Source of the DNA: Schizosaccharomyces osmophilus
Lineage: Eukaryota
DNA length: 64,000 bases
Reading direction: 5' to 3'
Assembly (NCBI RefSeq): GCF_027921745.1
Contig: NC_079238.1
Location: forward strand, 4,960,001 to 5,024,000
The notes beneath the pieces were generated by a model. It was not told where the DNA came from. It made no database searches and was given only the letters and a program-made list of their open reading frames with translations. Shown piece by piece: positions 63,901 to 64,000 of this stretch. Each line of letters opens with the position of its first letter. Positions within the stretch are counted from its first letter, which is position 1. A program made the translations under genes and the position numbers.

Positions 63901-64000
63901 TGGAAAAGGGTAGAATGAGATGAAGGATCTTAAGGATAACGAGTTTGTCAAACAAGTGAAGCTCAATGAGTGCAGCAAACGATTCTAATACGCTCTCCAA
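60938..64000 (-). CDS. ppk19: Vps15 (PI3K regulatory kinase), C-terminal HEAT/linker/WD40 portion; 5' end outside window
   Basis: HEAT-like helices, YTGSNPYVANYL linker, DFGP, WQPEGS, WD40 motif IGTSKGWLLLWDLRF. Confidence 0.85.
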   Translation of the reverse strand: MESVLESFAALIELHLFDKLVILKILHLILPFSIIPNIYTRKATLSVIYSTYKCLEEVDRQCILMPVLLPYLLSPIYDINSLEELDLFIIPMVPASVWSTLTHWFVESDNSSEFWKAVRSPNLSNNDDEIGDLQLSSERTKNGNYFISNLRPRKKLYILGHTILTSSEALELNNNDRKWIDIIQKMGIKEEHLFILGNLREYIFRTITNSGILIRKRESELAFNQSKEAPKSPLHILPEMIFWNPEAPYSPYILTENVEAVVNKYAESTHTKHSQTEDVVSPESAAYVGTDMTNAFGSTTKSLKERANDKQHHQKSKSSEANTLSEAIMHRRKPTNQRRRTDSTENSMLSTDNESSTQLIQHRMHNNDEQLSREPSVEGELIGKNKRMGKYGLTVDSKVSGLEQSSPTMSTNSNTLLGLVANELSLRDGAKKSSYTGSNPYVANYLNKIYAEAAVAAVDFGPVVAPSWASSISLRRRGKITNSNKQSNKGLQGTDWQPEGSRVTQVNLGNVKEGGMKRIIASPDSLFFVTLGLDGLVRAWQLVESDHQIPLWKCECRLAYGHTRRNGERSRFPVVNGCFMGNTYSFASVTQEGSIEVHQLDVYNQKHKIISSSRLPNMDINDSITSMESANFYDGSIRIVIVTAWSKLYYLEAGTLQSLASIQLPIDRGSATSVAVSDGCLWALIGTSKGWLLLWDLRFNILSTAWKISAKVDKIDFLTGRFRKEPAFSLFGDGINNPNIDSPSSMGLGGSSSGSSKSLRPTTPVLGNASQDVKAISTVFGCTTVSISFSRLRKDRREKTKTEDFEDNSFEEMNRLSSGVLIFDVERGKCEEMFLDNWESDVPPPFPTHQELDDANDSKLRQQSWLRDPPQNNLNDSSQEDPQVYHSGWPCLSVPVYYQKDSTITQTERKILFVVVSPGSPHAYMWDTSNPSKNLSITNITETAKISTLQNAPPVQLRTVEPSQVRPKSSGVSRPLLFLQQQKYLPNENRFYPIVDIAFLYRPYALTLLIDASGTLELWT

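Noticed and set aside
1..64000. Transposons, LTRs, wtf genes, 5S rDNA, CRISPR arrays
   Set aside because: I saw no gag/pol or transposase motifs, long terminal repeats, rRNA genes or repeat-spacer arrays. Short degenerate solo LTRs cannot be excluded by eye.

Overview
Gene-dense, AT-rich eukaryotic DNA with short GT-AG introns and CTAAC/TTAAC branch points, from a fission yeast. The proteins are close to, but not identical with, the Schizosaccharomyces pombe proteins I remember, so this is probably S. octosporus, S. cryophilus or S. osmophilus. From memory, gene order matches the S. pombe chromosome II SPBC530-SPBC577-SPBC119 block: bag102, ksh1, gyp1, sim3, spa1, syj2, dph6, a DUF3074 gene, pre4, ckn1, txl1, ubp10, stt4, rec27, tho5, a NAT9-like gene, rpl38, cym1, a DENN-like gene, gpn1, rti1, mdm35, prp31, rud3, pac1, asn1, orm1, pmk1 and vps15/ppk19. 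A tRNA-Ser(AGA) lies between rti1 and mdm35. Several genes missed or fragmented by the ORF track (ksh1, rec27, rpl38, mdm35) were rebuilt by hand from splice signals. Highlights: (1) the antizyme gene with its +1 frameshift at TCC-TGA, a known system; (2) three genes that appear to interrupt synteny around pre4, namely an Old Yellow Enzyme with Phe in place of the catalytic Tyr, a co-oriented D-2-hydroxyacid dehydrogenase, and a 506-aa orphan membrane-anchored protein behind a near-perfect Mei4 FLEX element; (3) a rare GAG 3' splice site in pmk1; (4) a probably inactive SAC domain in syj2. No transposon, rRNA or CRISPR was seen. All orthology and synteny statements come from recall, not from a search.
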